NCBI GenBank assembly: GCA_963755125.1
Contig: CAVWIP010000017.1
Location: 256,001-320,000, forward strand
Direction: 5' to 3'
DNA: 64,000 nucleotides
Origin: an uncultured delta proteobacterium
Lineage (GTDB): Bacteria; Myxococcota_A; Polyangia; Fen-1088
Notes under the pieces: generated by a model
The model's input: only the letters and a program-made list of their open reading frames with translations
Told to the model about the DNA's origin: nothing
Databases searched by the model: none
Program-made: the position numbers and the translations under genes
Part shown: one piece after another, positions 41,619 to 50,994 of the stretch
Layout of the letters: each line of letters begins with the position of its first letter
Numbering within the stretch: position 1 is the stretch's first letter

Positions 41619-42419
41619 ATGGATCACCTGGCGGGTGAGTTGCGCGCCATTGCCGCTGGCATCCGGACCCACCTGGAGGCTCGGGCGCGGGCCGGCCTGG
41701 TCGGGGTGTCGCGGGCGCCTTGCCCACGCATGAAGCGCGCCGGCGACGTGCAGGCGGACGCTTGTGCGCCTCCGGCGGCGGAGGTCCAGCCCCTGACCGA
41801 CCCTGCCGATCTGGAGACGGCCTTCGCCGCGGACAGTGAGCCGATCCTGCCCCACGCAGGTCACGGCCTGACCCTGGTGCGTGCCGAGTTGGGCGACTGC
41901 CAGCGCTGCAAGCTGGCCAAGGGCCGCCGCCACATCGTGTTCGGCACGGGCAACCCCGAGGCGCACCTGATGTTCGTGGGCGAGGGACCGGGGGCCGACG
42001 AGGATGCGCAAGGCGAGCCCTTCGTGGGCGCGGCCGGGCAACTTCTCACCAAGATGATCCAGGCCATGCAGCTTGCGCGCGAAGACGCGTACATATGCAA
42101 CGTGGTGAAGTGCCGTCCGCCGGGCAACCGCGACCCTGAGCCCGACGAGGTGGCGGCGTGCGAGCCGTTCCTCAAGAAGCAGATCGCCGTTGTCCAGCCA
42201 CGCGTGATTGTGGCTCTGGGCAAGTTCGCAGCCCACCTGCTGACCGGCGAGCACACGCCCATCACGCGCCTGCGTGGCAATCTCAAGCACTATCAGGGCA
42301 TCCCGGTGATGCCGACCTATCACCCCGCCTATCTTCTGCGCGACGAGAGCCGCAAGCGCGAGGCGTGGCACGACTTGAAGGAGGTCATGTCCCTATTGAA
42401 GCACATGGGTCTGATTTAG
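41619..42419 (+). CDS. Uracil-DNA glycosylase family 4 (Fe-S type)
   Basis: [47 protein letters not shown]. Confidence 0.95.
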   Translation: MDHLAGELRAIAAGIRTHLEARARAGLVGVSRAPCPRMKRAGDVQADACAPPAAEVQPLTDPADLETAFAADSEPILPHAGHGLTLVRAELGDCQRCKLAKGRRHIVFGTGNPEAHLMFVGEGPGADEDAQGEPFVGAAGQLLTKMIQAMQLAREDAYICNVVKCRPPGNRDPEPDEVAACEPFLKKQIAVVQPRVIVALGKFAAHLLTGEHTPITRLRGNLKHYQGIPVMPTYHPAYLLRDESRKREAWHDLKEVMSLLKHMGLI

Positions 42420-42430
42420 CCGAAGCCGGC

Positions 42431-42466
42431 TCCGGCAGCCGATCCGTGGCCGGTAGCCGGATTGTT
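42431..42466. terminator. Possible bidirectional terminator between convergent udg and kinase
   Basis: TCCGGC-a-GCCG...CGGT-a-GCCGGA hairpin followed by TTGTT. Confidence 0.3.
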
Positions 42467-43598
42467 AGGGCAGCTCGATGCTGAATTGCGTGCCGGCGAC
42501 AGCGTCGCTCACGAAGCTCACGCGGCCGCCCAGGCAGTTTTCGCCGATGAGCCGCATGGCATAGGTGCCGAACCCGCGGTTGTGACCCTTGCTGCTGAAG
42601 TGGGGCTGGAAGATGTGGGCTGCCACGGAGGGCGGAATGGTGCCGGGGTTGTGCACGTGAAAGGCCGAGCCACCCACTCTGCTTTCGAACCAGAGGCGCA
42701 CCTGGCCACCGGGCGGTGATGCCTCCAGCGCGTTCTTGACCATGTTTCCCAGCACGCGCATGAGCAAGCCTTCGTCGGTGGTCAGGGTTCTGTCCCCGGG
42801 CACGTGTTCTGCCAGCAGATCCTTGCCTTCACGGCAGGGGTGGTTGCGGAACATGGTCTCGATCGATTCCATGACGTGGTTGACGTGCATCGGGCGCAGG
42901 TGGGCCCGCAGGTCACCGATCTCGGCGCGCAGAAGCACGCTCTGCGACTCGACCTCGCGGACCAGTTGCTCCACCAGTCGCACCACGTTCTGCGCAGCCT
43001 CGGAGGGCGTTTCTTCGCGCAACTCGTCGCTCCATCCCTGCAGGCCGGTGAGCAGGCTGCGCGCGTCGTGCATGAAGATCCTCTCCAGCAGCTCGCGTCG
43101 GCGCATGGCGGTTATGTCATGGAGCACGCAGGCCAGCACCGTCTGACCCGCAAGGGGCAGCGGAGTGATCTTCACGGCATACTGCGCGCAGGCCACGCGT
43201 CCGTCTTCACGACGGGCAAGCGTGCACTCCCCGGTGGTCGGCTGGTTCGTCGTCTGCGCAGCGAGAATGGCCAGCACGGCGCCGCAGTGACGGCAATGCA
43301 AGGAAGTGCCGCAACCGCCGGGGCCGGTGTGAGCATGGATGCAGCCCAGGGCTTCTCCCTGACGCTGGCCGAGCAACTGGTCGCCGTTCTCAAGCTCGAT
43401 CCCGGCCAAAAGTTCGCGGTTAGCTGCCAGGATCTGCCGGTGCTGATCCAGCACCATCAGATAGCCGGCCACGGCGTCGAGTACGGTCTTGATCACCGGG
43501 TCCGTGACAGCCAGCGCGGCCAGACGAGCGACGCTTGCGGCATCACTGCGCTCCGCCGAGGCGAAAAAGCTGTCCACGCCACTCGATCCTGCGTCCAT
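42465..43598 (-). CDS. Cytoplasmic sensor histidine kinase with Cys-rich PAS-like domain
   Basis: PAS-like MVLDQHRQILAAN; CIHAHTGPGGCGTSLHCRHC; H-box IFMHD; N-box VLGNMVKNALEA; IFQPHFSSKG.RGFGTY. Start uncertain. Confidence 0.85.
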   Translation of the reverse strand: MDAGSSGVDSFFASAERSDAASVARLAALAVTDPVIKTVLDAVAGYLMVLDQHRQILAANRELLAGIELENGDQLLGQRQGEALGCIHAHTGPGGCGTSLHCRHCGAVLAILAAQTTNQPTTGECTLARREDGRVACAQYAVKITPLPLAGQTVLACVLHDITAMRRRELLERIFMHDARSLLTGLQGWSDELREETPSEAAQNVVRLVEQLVREVESQSVLLRAEIGDLRAHLRPMHVNHVMESIETMFRNHPCREGKDLLAEHVPGDRTLTTDEGLLMRVLGNMVKNALEASPPGGQVRLWFESRVGGSAFHVHNPGTIPPSVAAHIFQPHFSSKGHNRGFGTYAMRLIGENCLGGRVSFVSDAVAGTQFSIELP

Positions 43599-43804
43599 CC
43601 GAATCCTCCCGAGCGCCGGCCGGCCCAGGCTGCCCCGCCGCCGGCCGCTCTCAAACATCAAGTGTATTCCCGGTCGCCAGGGCGTGGAATCAAAAATAAG
43701 ATGTTTGCGCCCATGACGGAGCGCAGCGGTCTCCGTGCTCTCTCGTCTTACCTCTGTGTTCTCAACCGGAACTCCCGAGGTCCGGCAGAACACCGATGTC
43801 AAGA

Positions 43805-43833
43805 TTGACACCAAGGATCCCCAAGGATACGTT
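43805..43833 (+). promoter_or_regulatory. Sigma70-type promoter of the bactofilin operon
   Basis: TTGACA-N17-TACGTT; CCAAGGAT occurs twice at 10-bp spacing across the spacer; AGGAGG SD downstream. Confidence 0.55.
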
Positions 43834-43859
43834 TGCCTGGCGTTCGCCCACAGGAGGAC

Positions 43860-44219
43860 ATGATGGCCAGCGACGAACCTTGTCTCATCGCCAGCAAGAG
43901 CGCGGTCCGCGGTCAGATCTCTGGAAAACAAGATCTGATCGTCGAGGGTCGCGTGGAAGGCCGCATTGGCCTGGAGAGCCACCTGACCATCGAGGAATCG
44001 GGCAGCGTCGAGGCTGACATGGACGTGGCCCAGGTCACGGTCAAGGGCGAGGCGCGCGGCGACGTGGTGGCAGCGCGTTCGGCAGTCCTGCACGCCACGG
44101 CCCGCGTGGCGGGCAAGCTTCGCGCGCCCCAGATTATCATTGAAGACGGCGCAAAGTTCTCAGGGACTATCGAGATGGAGGTAGAGTTGCCGGCGGGAAT
44201 CAAGGCGGGCGGCGCCTAG
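43860..44219 (+). CDS. Bactofilin (BacN-like)
   Basis: Beta-helical bactofilin pattern IASKSAVRGQI...LIVEGRVEG...IIIEDGAKFSGTIEM. Confidence 0.9.
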   Translation: MMASDEPCLIASKSAVRGQISGKQDLIVEGRVEGRIGLESHLTIEESGSVEADMDVAQVTVKGEARGDVVAARSAVLHATARVAGKLRAPQIIIEDGAKFSGTIEMEVELPAGIKAGGA

Positions 44220-44255
44220 CCCTGGGGGCGGCGCGCTCGGGACGGGACACGAATC

Positions 44256-44597
44256 ATGGCAAAGGAAAAGGACACGAAGCCCATGGCGAACACGGTCATC
44301 GGAAGCAGCATCGTCATCGACGGCGAGATCACAGGAGAAGAGCCGCTTACCATCCTGGGAACCGTCAAGGGTAAGATCTCGGTGGCGCAGAGCTTGGCAG
44401 TCGAGGCAGGCGCCACGGTGGAGGCCGACGTCGAGGCCCAGACCGTGACGGTCAGCGGCCGGCTGACCGGCAACGTGGTGGCGCGCGAGCGCCTCGAACT
44501 GAAGCCCGAGTCCAAGATGGTGGGCGACGCCAAGTCGCCGCGGATCGTGATCGCCGACGGTGCCGGGTTCAAGGGCAACGTGGACATGGACGTGTAG
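44256..44597 (+). CDS. Bactofilin (BacO-like)
   Basis: NTVIGSSIVIDGEITGEE...IVIADGAGFKGNVDM. Confidence 0.92.
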   Translation: MAKEKDTKPMANTVIGSSIVIDGEITGEEPLTILGTVKGKISVAQSLAVEAGATVEADVEAQTVTVSGRLTGNVVARERLELKPESKMVGDAKSPRIVIADGAGFKGNVDMDV

Positions 44598-44606
44598 GCG
44601 CACACT

Positions 44607-45203
44607 ATGGCTGACAAAGAAACTGTGATCGGGCCCGAGACACGCATCTCGGGCGAGGTGCGCGGCGAAGAGGACCTCATCGTCCGCGGCCACATCGACG
44701 GCAAGGTGCAGCTCACGCAGACGCTCACGGTCGAGAAGGGGGCCACGGTCCAGGCCGATGTCGATGTTCGCCATCTGCTCATCGCCGGCACGGTGGTGGG
44801 CACCATGGTCGCTTCCGAAAGCGTGAAACTGGCGTCGACCGCGCGCGTGGTCGGTGATCTGGCATCTCCGCGCGTGATGATGGAAGCCGGCGCCGCATAC
44901 CGGGGCCGAGTGGACATGGGCGACATCGCGGCTGCGCGGGCGGCTGTGAGTTCGCGCGCTGTGCAGCGCCCGGCCGCCAGCGAGAAGTCCACGACCCGTC
45001 CCGCTCCACCGCGCATGGCCACACCGGCCAAGGCGGTTGTTGCGGGCAAGGCTGCGGCGCCGGTCGCGCCCGCCACACGTCCCGTGACACCGGCTGTTGC
45101 TGGCGCGCCGGGGCCCGCCTCGCCGCCTGCTTTTCCGCGGGTTGCCGGGGCCATGGGCAGCATGACGCCGGCCTGGGCAAAGAAGAAGATCCGGAGGCGT
45201 TAG
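44607..45203 (+). CDS. Bactofilin with Pro/Ala-rich C-terminal tail (BacP-like)
   Basis: TVIGPETRISGEVRGEEDL...MEAGAAYRGRVDM, then a low-complexity tail ending KKKIRRR. Confidence 0.9.
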   Translation: MADKETVIGPETRISGEVRGEEDLIVRGHIDGKVQLTQTLTVEKGATVQADVDVRHLLIAGTVVGTMVASESVKLASTARVVGDLASPRVMMEAGAAYRGRVDMGDIAAARAAVSSRAVQRPAASEKSTTRPAPPRMATPAKAVVAGKAAAPVAPATRPVTPAVAGAPGPASPPAFPRVAGAMGSMTPAWAKKKIRRR

Positions 45204-45314
45204 CCAGCGCTGACGCTCTCGTGGGTTGCGGCCACGACCACGACCCTATCCTTCCATGGTGGACGTTGGGTACGAGGTGCATTTGGCCTGGCGTGTGGTA
45301 ACTTTCGTTCGCCC

Positions 45315-46712
45315 ATGTGCGGCGTGATCGGAATCTACGGCCACCCGGAAGCGGCCAATCTGGCGTACCTGGGCTTGCATGCGCTCCAGCACCGGGGCCA
45401 GGAGTCGGCGGGCATCGTTTCCAGCGACGACCAGCGGTTGCACTGCGTTCGCGAGATGGGGCACGTGGGTGAGATTTTCACCCAGGACCGCCTGCGACGC
45501 TTGCCTGGGTCGTCGGCCATCGGCCACGTGCGCTACTCGACCACCGGCGACTCGGCATCCAAGAACGCGCAGCCCATCGCGGTGGACTATTCGGGCGGTT
45601 CGCTGGCCATTGCCCACAACGGCAACTTGGTCGACGCCGCCGAGGTGCGTGCGCATCTGGAGGACGGCGGATCGATCTTTCAGACCACCAGCGACACGGA
45701 AGTCATTCTGCACCTCATCGCGCGTTCGCGCGAAGGGGCGCTGCCCGACCGCGTGGCCGACGCTCTGCGGGCGGTGCATGGAGCCTATTCGCTGGCCTTC
45801 TTGTCTGAATCCATGATGATCATCGCGCGCGATCCGATGGGCATCCGCCCGCTGTCCCTGGGCAAGCACAGCAAGAAGGGCTGGGTGGTGGCCTCGGAGA
45901 CCTGCGTTTTTGATCTCATCGAGGCCAGCTACGTGCGCGACATCGAGCCGGGCGAGATGCTGATTTTCGACGAGAACGGCATGCGGCGGATTTTTCCTTT
46001 CCAGGCGGAGAAGCCGTATCGCTGCGTGTTCGAATGGGTGTACTTCGCGCGGCCCGATTCCACCATCGCCGGCCAGTCGGTGTACCAGGCCCGCGAACGT
46101 ATGGGCCGCCGGCTGGCGGTCGAACACCCGGTCCCCGCTGACGTGGTCGTCCCGGTTCCCGATTCGGGCACCGCAGCGGCCATCGGCTACGCGCGCGAAA
46201 GTGGACTGCCGTTTGGCCAGGGCCTGATGCGCTCGCACTACGTGGGGCGCACCTTCATCGAGCCGTCCGAGTCGATCCGTCACTTCGGGGTGAAACTCAA
46301 GTTGTCGCCGGTGCGTGAGGTTCTGGCGGGAAAACGGGTGGTCGTGGTCGACGATTCCATCGTGCGCGGCACCACCTCCAGCAAGATCATCGGCATGATC
46401 CGTGGGGCAGGTGCGCGCGAGGTTCACCTGCGCATCAGCTCGCCGCCCACGGTGGGCCCCTGTCACTACGGCATCGACACCCCGGATCGTGACAAGCTGA
46501 TTGCCAGCGCGCACAGCGTGGAGGAGATCTGCCGTTTCGTGGGCGCGGATAGCCTCGGCTACCTGTCGCTCGGCGGTCTGCGTGCCTCGATCAACTGCGC
46601 GGGAAGCACGGACGAGCATCGCGGGTTGTGCGATGGTTGCTTTTCCAATTCGTACCCCATCGCGGTCGCACCTCCGGCTCGCTGCCGGCAGTTGCGGTTG
46701 ATCTCCGCGTAG
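45315..46712 (+). CDS. purF: Amidophosphoribosyltransferase
   Basis: [36 protein letters not shown], Fe-S Cys (CDGC). Confidence 0.98.
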   Translation: MCGVIGIYGHPEAANLAYLGLHALQHRGQESAGIVSSDDQRLHCVREMGHVGEIFTQDRLRRLPGSSAIGHVRYSTTGDSASKNAQPIAVDYSGGSLAIAHNGNLVDAAEVRAHLEDGGSIFQTTSDTEVILHLIARSREGALPDRVADALRAVHGAYSLAFLSESMMIIARDPMGIRPLSLGKHSKKGWVVASETCVFDLIEASYVRDIEPGEMLIFDENGMRRIFPFQAEKPYRCVFEWVYFARPDSTIAGQSVYQARERMGRRLAVEHPVPADVVVPVPDSGTAAAIGYARESGLPFGQGLMRSHYVGRTFIEPSESIRHFGVKLKLSPVREVLAGKRVVVVDDSIVRGTTSSKIIGMIRGAGAREVHLRISSPPTVGPCHYGIDTPDRDKLIASAHSVEEICRFVGADSLGYLSLGGLRASINCAGSTDEHRGLCDGCFSNSYPIAVAPPARCRQLRLISA

Positions 46713-46723
46713 GGGCCTGTGGC

Positions 46724-48051
46724 CTGACCGCCTATCAGATCGAGCCCGAAAAAGCTGGATCATTTCGATCACTTACGAAATAGCGTGAAAAATAAGTGGA
46801 AAAGGGCCCACGGGTCCTCCGAAGTTTGGTTTTTGCCAACTAAACGCAGGAGGTTTCCCCGTGAGCCCAGAACGAACCTACCCATTTCTCAGCGACTTGC
46901 TCGACCCTTTTCATAAGGCGCGCCGCAGAACGCTGGGTCTGATCATCGCCGCCATCGCCGCCACTGGTCAGGCTCGCTCGTTCGCCATCGCCACGACTCT
47001 GGCCGGCTGGCTGCGGACCAGGCTGGACAGTGCGGTCAATCGCTTCTACCGGCTGCTGCGCAATGAGCACGTCGACTATCTTGAATTCGCCACGCGGTCG
47101 CTGGATTTGCTCGCCCGTCGCCCGGATCGGCATGTCCTGCTCGCTGTGGACTGGACCGAATGGCACCATGACTTGCGCCTCCTGGTCGCTGCCATGGTCA
47201 CCGGCAAGCGGGCCATCCCCGTCTTCGTTCAAGGTTGGCGCAAGTTGATCCGAGATCGCTCGCAGAATACCCGGGAGAATACCTTCCTGCGCTTCCTGGC
47301 CGACGTCACCCGTCGGGCGGGTGTCACCGCGACGATTCTGTGCGACCGCGGATTTCGTCGCGCGAGTTGGCTGGCGTTGTTGCAGACGCTGCGCTTGGGC
47401 TTCGTCGTCCGTTTGATGGCCGATGTCTACGTCGAGCTTGAGCCTGGTGTACGTCAACCATTGGAGGCCATTCTCCTGCAACCAGGGCAGGTGCTCGATC
47501 TCGGCGTGGTTCCGCTGCGTGCCGACGGTGTTGTCTCGGTTCGCATCATCGGATACTGGGCTCCTGGTGCTCATGAACCGTGGTGGGTCGCCACCAGCGA
47601 ACCCGGTTCCGCCAAGCAGGTGCTGGCGCTCTATGACCGCCGCATGACCGTCGAGGAGCAATTCCGAGACACGAAAGGCCGACGTTTCGGCGCCAAGCTC
47701 TTTTGGACCCAGTTCCGCGACCCAGTGGCCCTGGCCCGCTTCGTTAGCCTTCTGGCCGTAGCCCTCTTGATCTGGACTCTGGTGGGCATCACCGCCGCGC
47801 TGATCGATCCCTCTTTGCGCCTGCGCTGCAAACGCAAAGGGCCTCGTCAGTCCTTCGTCACCATCGGCATCAGAGCCTTGGCGCTCGGCACATTCTCCGC
47901 GCGCTTCGACCGCCTCTCCGTGCCCCTGATTCTCGAACCACCCACCATGCGTCCTCTGCGTCTCCTGGAGGCGTCCAAATGACGTTATCCACAGGCATTT
48001 CGCGGAGTTCCCGCACCAATGCCGCACTTTTCGCCAAAGATCAACGGTCAG
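46724..48051 (+). mobile_element. IS4-family insertion sequence, copy 1 (1328 bp)
   Basis: Imperfect terminal IRs CTGACCGcctATC / GATcaaCGGTCAG; 9-bp direct repeats GCCTGTGGC at 46715-46723 and 48052-48060. Confidence 0.92.
46861..47982 (+). CDS. IS4-family DDE transposase
   Basis: VDWT, LCDRGF, and YDRRMTVEEQFRDTK (Y-R-E-K signature); AGGAGG SD. Confidence 0.93.
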   Translation: MSPERTYPFLSDLLDPFHKARRRTLGLIIAAIAATGQARSFAIATTLAGWLRTRLDSAVNRFYRLLRNEHVDYLEFATRSLDLLARRPDRHVLLAVDWTEWHHDLRLLVAAMVTGKRAIPVFVQGWRKLIRDRSQNTRENTFLRFLADVTRRAGVTATILCDRGFRRASWLALLQTLRLGFVVRLMADVYVELEPGVRQPLEAILLQPGQVLDLGVVPLRADGVVSVRIIGYWAPGAHEPWWVATSEPGSAKQVLALYDRRMTVEEQFRDTKGRRFGAKLFWTQFRDPVALARFVSLLAVALLIWTLVGITAALIDPSLRLRCKRKGPRQSFVTIGIRALALGTFSARFDRLSVPLILEPPTMRPLRLLEASK

Positions 48052-48060
48052 GCCTGTGGC

Positions 48061-49388
48061 CTGACCGCCTATCAGATCGAGCCCGAAAAAGCTGGATCAT
48101 TTCGATCACTTACGAAATAGCGTGAAAAATAAGTGGAAAAGGGCCCACGGGTCCTCCGAAGTTTGGTTTTTGCCAACTAAACGCAGGAGGTTTCCCCGTG
48201 AGCCCAGAACGAACCTACCCATTTCTCAGCGACTTGCTCGACCCTTTTCATAAGGCGCGCCGCAGAACGCTGGGTCTGATCATCGCCGCCATCGCCGCCA
48301 CTGGTCAGGCTCGCTCGTTCGCCATCGCCACGACTCTGGCCGGCTGGCTGCGGACCAGGCTGGACAGTGCGGTCAATCGCTTCTACCGGCTGCTGCGCAA
48401 TGAGCACGTCGACTATCTTGAATTCGCCACGCGGTCGCTGGATTTGCTCGCCCGTCGCCCGGATCGGCATGTCCTGCTCGCTGTGGACTGGACCGAATGG
48501 CACCATGACTTGCGCCTCCTGGTCGCTGCCATGGTCACCGGCAAGCGGGCCATCCCCGTCTTCGTTCAAGGTTGGCGCAAGTTGATCCGAGATCGCTCGC
48601 AGAATACCCGGGAGAATACCTTCCTGCGCTTCCTGGCCGACGTCACCCGTCGGGCGGGTGTCACCGCGACGATTCTGTGCGACCGCGGATTTCGTCGCGC
48701 GAGTTGGCTGGCGTTGTTGCAGACGCTGCGCTTGGGCTTCGTCGTCCGTTTGATGGCCGATGTCTACGTCGAGCTTGAGCCTGGTGTACGTCGACCATTG
48801 GAGGCCATTCTCCTGCAACCAGGGCAGGTGCTCGATCTCGGCGTGGTTCCGCTGCGTGCCGACGGTGTTGTCTCGGTTCGCATCATCGGATACTGGGCTC
48901 CTGGTGCTCATGAACCGTGGTGGGTCGCCACCAGCGAACCCGGTTCCGCCAAGCAGGTGCTGGCGCTCTATGACCGCCGCATGACCGTCGAGGAGCAATT
49001 CCGAGACACGAAAGGCCGACGTTTCGGCGCCAAGCTCTTTTGGACCCAGTTCCGCGACCCAGTGGCCCTGGCCCGCTTCGTTAGCCTTCTGGCCGTAGCC
49101 CTCTTGATCTGGACTCTGGTGGGCATCACCGCCGCGCTGATCGATCCCTCTTTGCGCCTGCGCTGCAAACGCAAAGGGCCTCGTCAGTCCTTCGTCACCA
49201 TCGGCATCAGAGCCTTGGCGCTCGGCACATTCTCCGCGCGCTTCGACCGCCTCTCCGTGCCCCTGATTCTCGAACCACCCACCATGCGTCCTCTGCGTCT
49301 CCTGGAGGCGTCCAAATGACGTTATCCACAGGCATTTCGCGGAGTTCCCGCACCAATGCCGCACTTTTCGCCAAAGATCAACGGTCAG
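48061..49388 (+). mobile_element. IS4-family insertion sequence, copy 2 (1328 bp)
   Basis: Same IRs, offset 1337 bp from copy 1; third GCCTGTGGC at 49389-49397. Confidence 0.92.
48198..49319 (+). CDS. IS4-family DDE transposase (Q>R variant of copy 1)
   Basis: Identical protein except VRQPL vs VRRPL (A47456 vs G48793). Confidence 0.93.
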   Translation: MSPERTYPFLSDLLDPFHKARRRTLGLIIAAIAATGQARSFAIATTLAGWLRTRLDSAVNRFYRLLRNEHVDYLEFATRSLDLLARRPDRHVLLAVDWTEWHHDLRLLVAAMVTGKRAIPVFVQGWRKLIRDRSQNTRENTFLRFLADVTRRAGVTATILCDRGFRRASWLALLQTLRLGFVVRLMADVYVELEPGVRRPLEAILLQPGQVLDLGVVPLRADGVVSVRIIGYWAPGAHEPWWVATSEPGSAKQVLALYDRRMTVEEQFRDTKGRRFGAKLFWTQFRDPVALARFVSLLAVALLIWTLVGITAALIDPSLRLRCKRKGPRQSFVTIGIRALALGTFSARFDRLSVPLILEPPTMRPLRLLEASK

Positions 49389-49426
49389 GCCTGTGGCCTC
49401 TTGACTCCGTCGCGCGAATCTCCAAC

Positions 49427-50281
49427 ATGGCGGTCATGCTTCGTCCGGGTTTGTCAGGAATCCTGATGTCAATGCTTGCTGCCATCTGGGCGGGGCGGGC
49501 CATGGCTGCACCTCGGGTGGTGATGATGGAGATGGCAGGCGGCGCGCGGGACATCCGGCAAGAGGTCCGGGCTTCGGCCGAAGAGGCCCTGCGCGCGCTC
49601 GGCGTCGAGGTCGTGCCGCAGAACCAGATCGAGACCGCGCTCGACGACTGCAACGTGCCGTCCTGCCTGGCCGAACTGGGCCGTCAGGCTGGGGCGAGCC
49701 ACATCCTGGAGATTCAAGGCAGCTACGTGAACGAGTCGTACAACCTGCGTCTCGATCTGCGTGACGGCGCGACCGGGCGCATCCTGGGCAGCGATTCCAA
49801 GGAATGCGAGATCTGTTCGGCCAAAGATTTCTATCGGGCGGTGAAGGATCGCACCGCCGCCCTCTGGACGCGCGTGGTGCGCGAGCAGGGCAGTGCGGGC
49901 TCGGTGCCGTCCGAGGCGGTGTCCCCGACGCCAGCGCGGACCGACCTGGCGGAGGCGAAGCCCGTCCCGTCTTCCACAGGCCGATCTTTCTGGAGGCAGC
50001 CCTTGCCCTTGTTCGGGTTGGGCCTCGCCACAGGCGGGGCGGTGCTGCTTGGGTTCGGGAGCTACTACCTGGCGGTCGACGGCGATGCCGATCCTAGCTG
50101 CTCGGCCCAGCAGCCCTGTCCTTTCAAGCGCGCCACTGCGGGCCTCGGTTGGGGTCTGCTGGCGGGCGGAAGCGCGGCTCTCTTGGGGGGCGTCGCCATC
50201 TTGATCTGGGGGCGCGACGAGACGTCCACGCCGGCGATTGTTCTCGGGCCGGGCACGGTTTCCTTGTCGGGGAATTTTTGA
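49427..50281 (+). CDS. Hypothetical exported protein with C-terminal hydrophobic segments
   Basis: Signal-peptide-like N-terminus (…AGRAMA-AP), paired Cys (CNVPSC, CEIC), two C-terminal hydrophobic helices, terminal SLSGNF. Confidence 0.7.
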   Translation: MAVMLRPGLSGILMSMLAAIWAGRAMAAPRVVMMEMAGGARDIRQEVRASAEEALRALGVEVVPQNQIETALDDCNVPSCLAELGRQAGASHILEIQGSYVNESYNLRLDLRDGATGRILGSDSKECEICSAKDFYRAVKDRTAALWTRVVREQGSAGSVPSEAVSPTPARTDLAEAKPVPSSTGRSFWRQPLPLFGLGLATGGAVLLGFGSYYLAVDGDADPSCSAQQPCPFKRATAGLGWGLLAGGSAALLGGVAILIWGRDETSTPAIVLGPGTVSLSGNF

Positions 50282-50298
50282 CCTGTACCCTGGCTGGC

Positions 50299-50994
50299 AT
50301 GCCCACCATCTTGTTGTTTGATGTCGACGGAACCTTGGTGACCAGCGGTGGGGTCGGGCGTCGAGCTATCGAAAAGGCATTTGAGCAGCGTCACGGTCGC
50401 AGCGACGTCGTGTCGTTCACATTCGCCGGCATGACGGACAAGGCAATCGTGCGCGGCGGCCTGCTGGCCCTGGACAAGGGTTTTGCGTCCGAGGCTGCGC
50501 TGCAGGCCGAGATAGACGCCACGATAGCCCAATATCTGTGGGTACTGGATGAATTGGCCGCCAGCACCGGCGGCATTCGTGTCCACGACGGCATCCTGCG
50601 CGCGCTTGATCTGGCCGAGGCCCGCCCCGAGGTGGCCCTGGGCCTGGGCACCGGGAACATGCGCGAAGGCGCTCGCATCAAGCTGGGCCACGCTGGGATC
50701 TATCATCGCTTCAGCTTCGGCGGCTTCGGCGACGATTCGATTGATCGGCCCGCGATCCTGGCCGCCGGCGCTCGGCGAGGCGCGGCCCAACTCGGCTTGT
50801 TGCTGCCGGATTGCCGCGTGGTCGTGGTGGGTGACACGCCCAAGGACATCGCCGCCGCCCAGGCCATCGGCGCCGACTGCGTCGCGGTGGCCACCGGCAT
50901 GCACTCGGTGGCCGAGCTGGAGGCCCACAGGCCCACGCTCGCCTGCCAAAACTTGAACGACCAGCGCGCCGACGCAGTCCTGTTCGGGGATTAG
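50299..50994 (+). CDS. HAD-superfamily hydrolase
   Basis: LFDVDGTL, LGTGN, VVVGDTPKDI. Confidence 0.92.
   Translation: MPTILLFDVDGTLVTSGGVGRRAIEKAFEQRHGRSDVVSFTFAGMTDKAIVRGGLLALDKGFASEAALQAEIDATIAQYLWVLDELAASTGGIRVHDGILRALDLAEARPEVALGLGTGNMREGARIKLGHAGIYHRFSFGGFGDDSIDRPAILAAGARRGAAQLGLLLPDCRVVVVGDTPKDIAAAQAIGADCVAVATGMHSVAELEAHRPTLACQNLNDQRADAVLFGD

Noticed and set aside
46840..48027. 395-aa antisense ORF within each IS copy
   Set aside because: It is a shadow of the transposase with no start context or motifs.
46715..49397. Composite transposon or CRISPR-like repeat interpretation
   Set aside because: There is no cargo between the copies, and the 9-bp repeats are target duplications, not an array.
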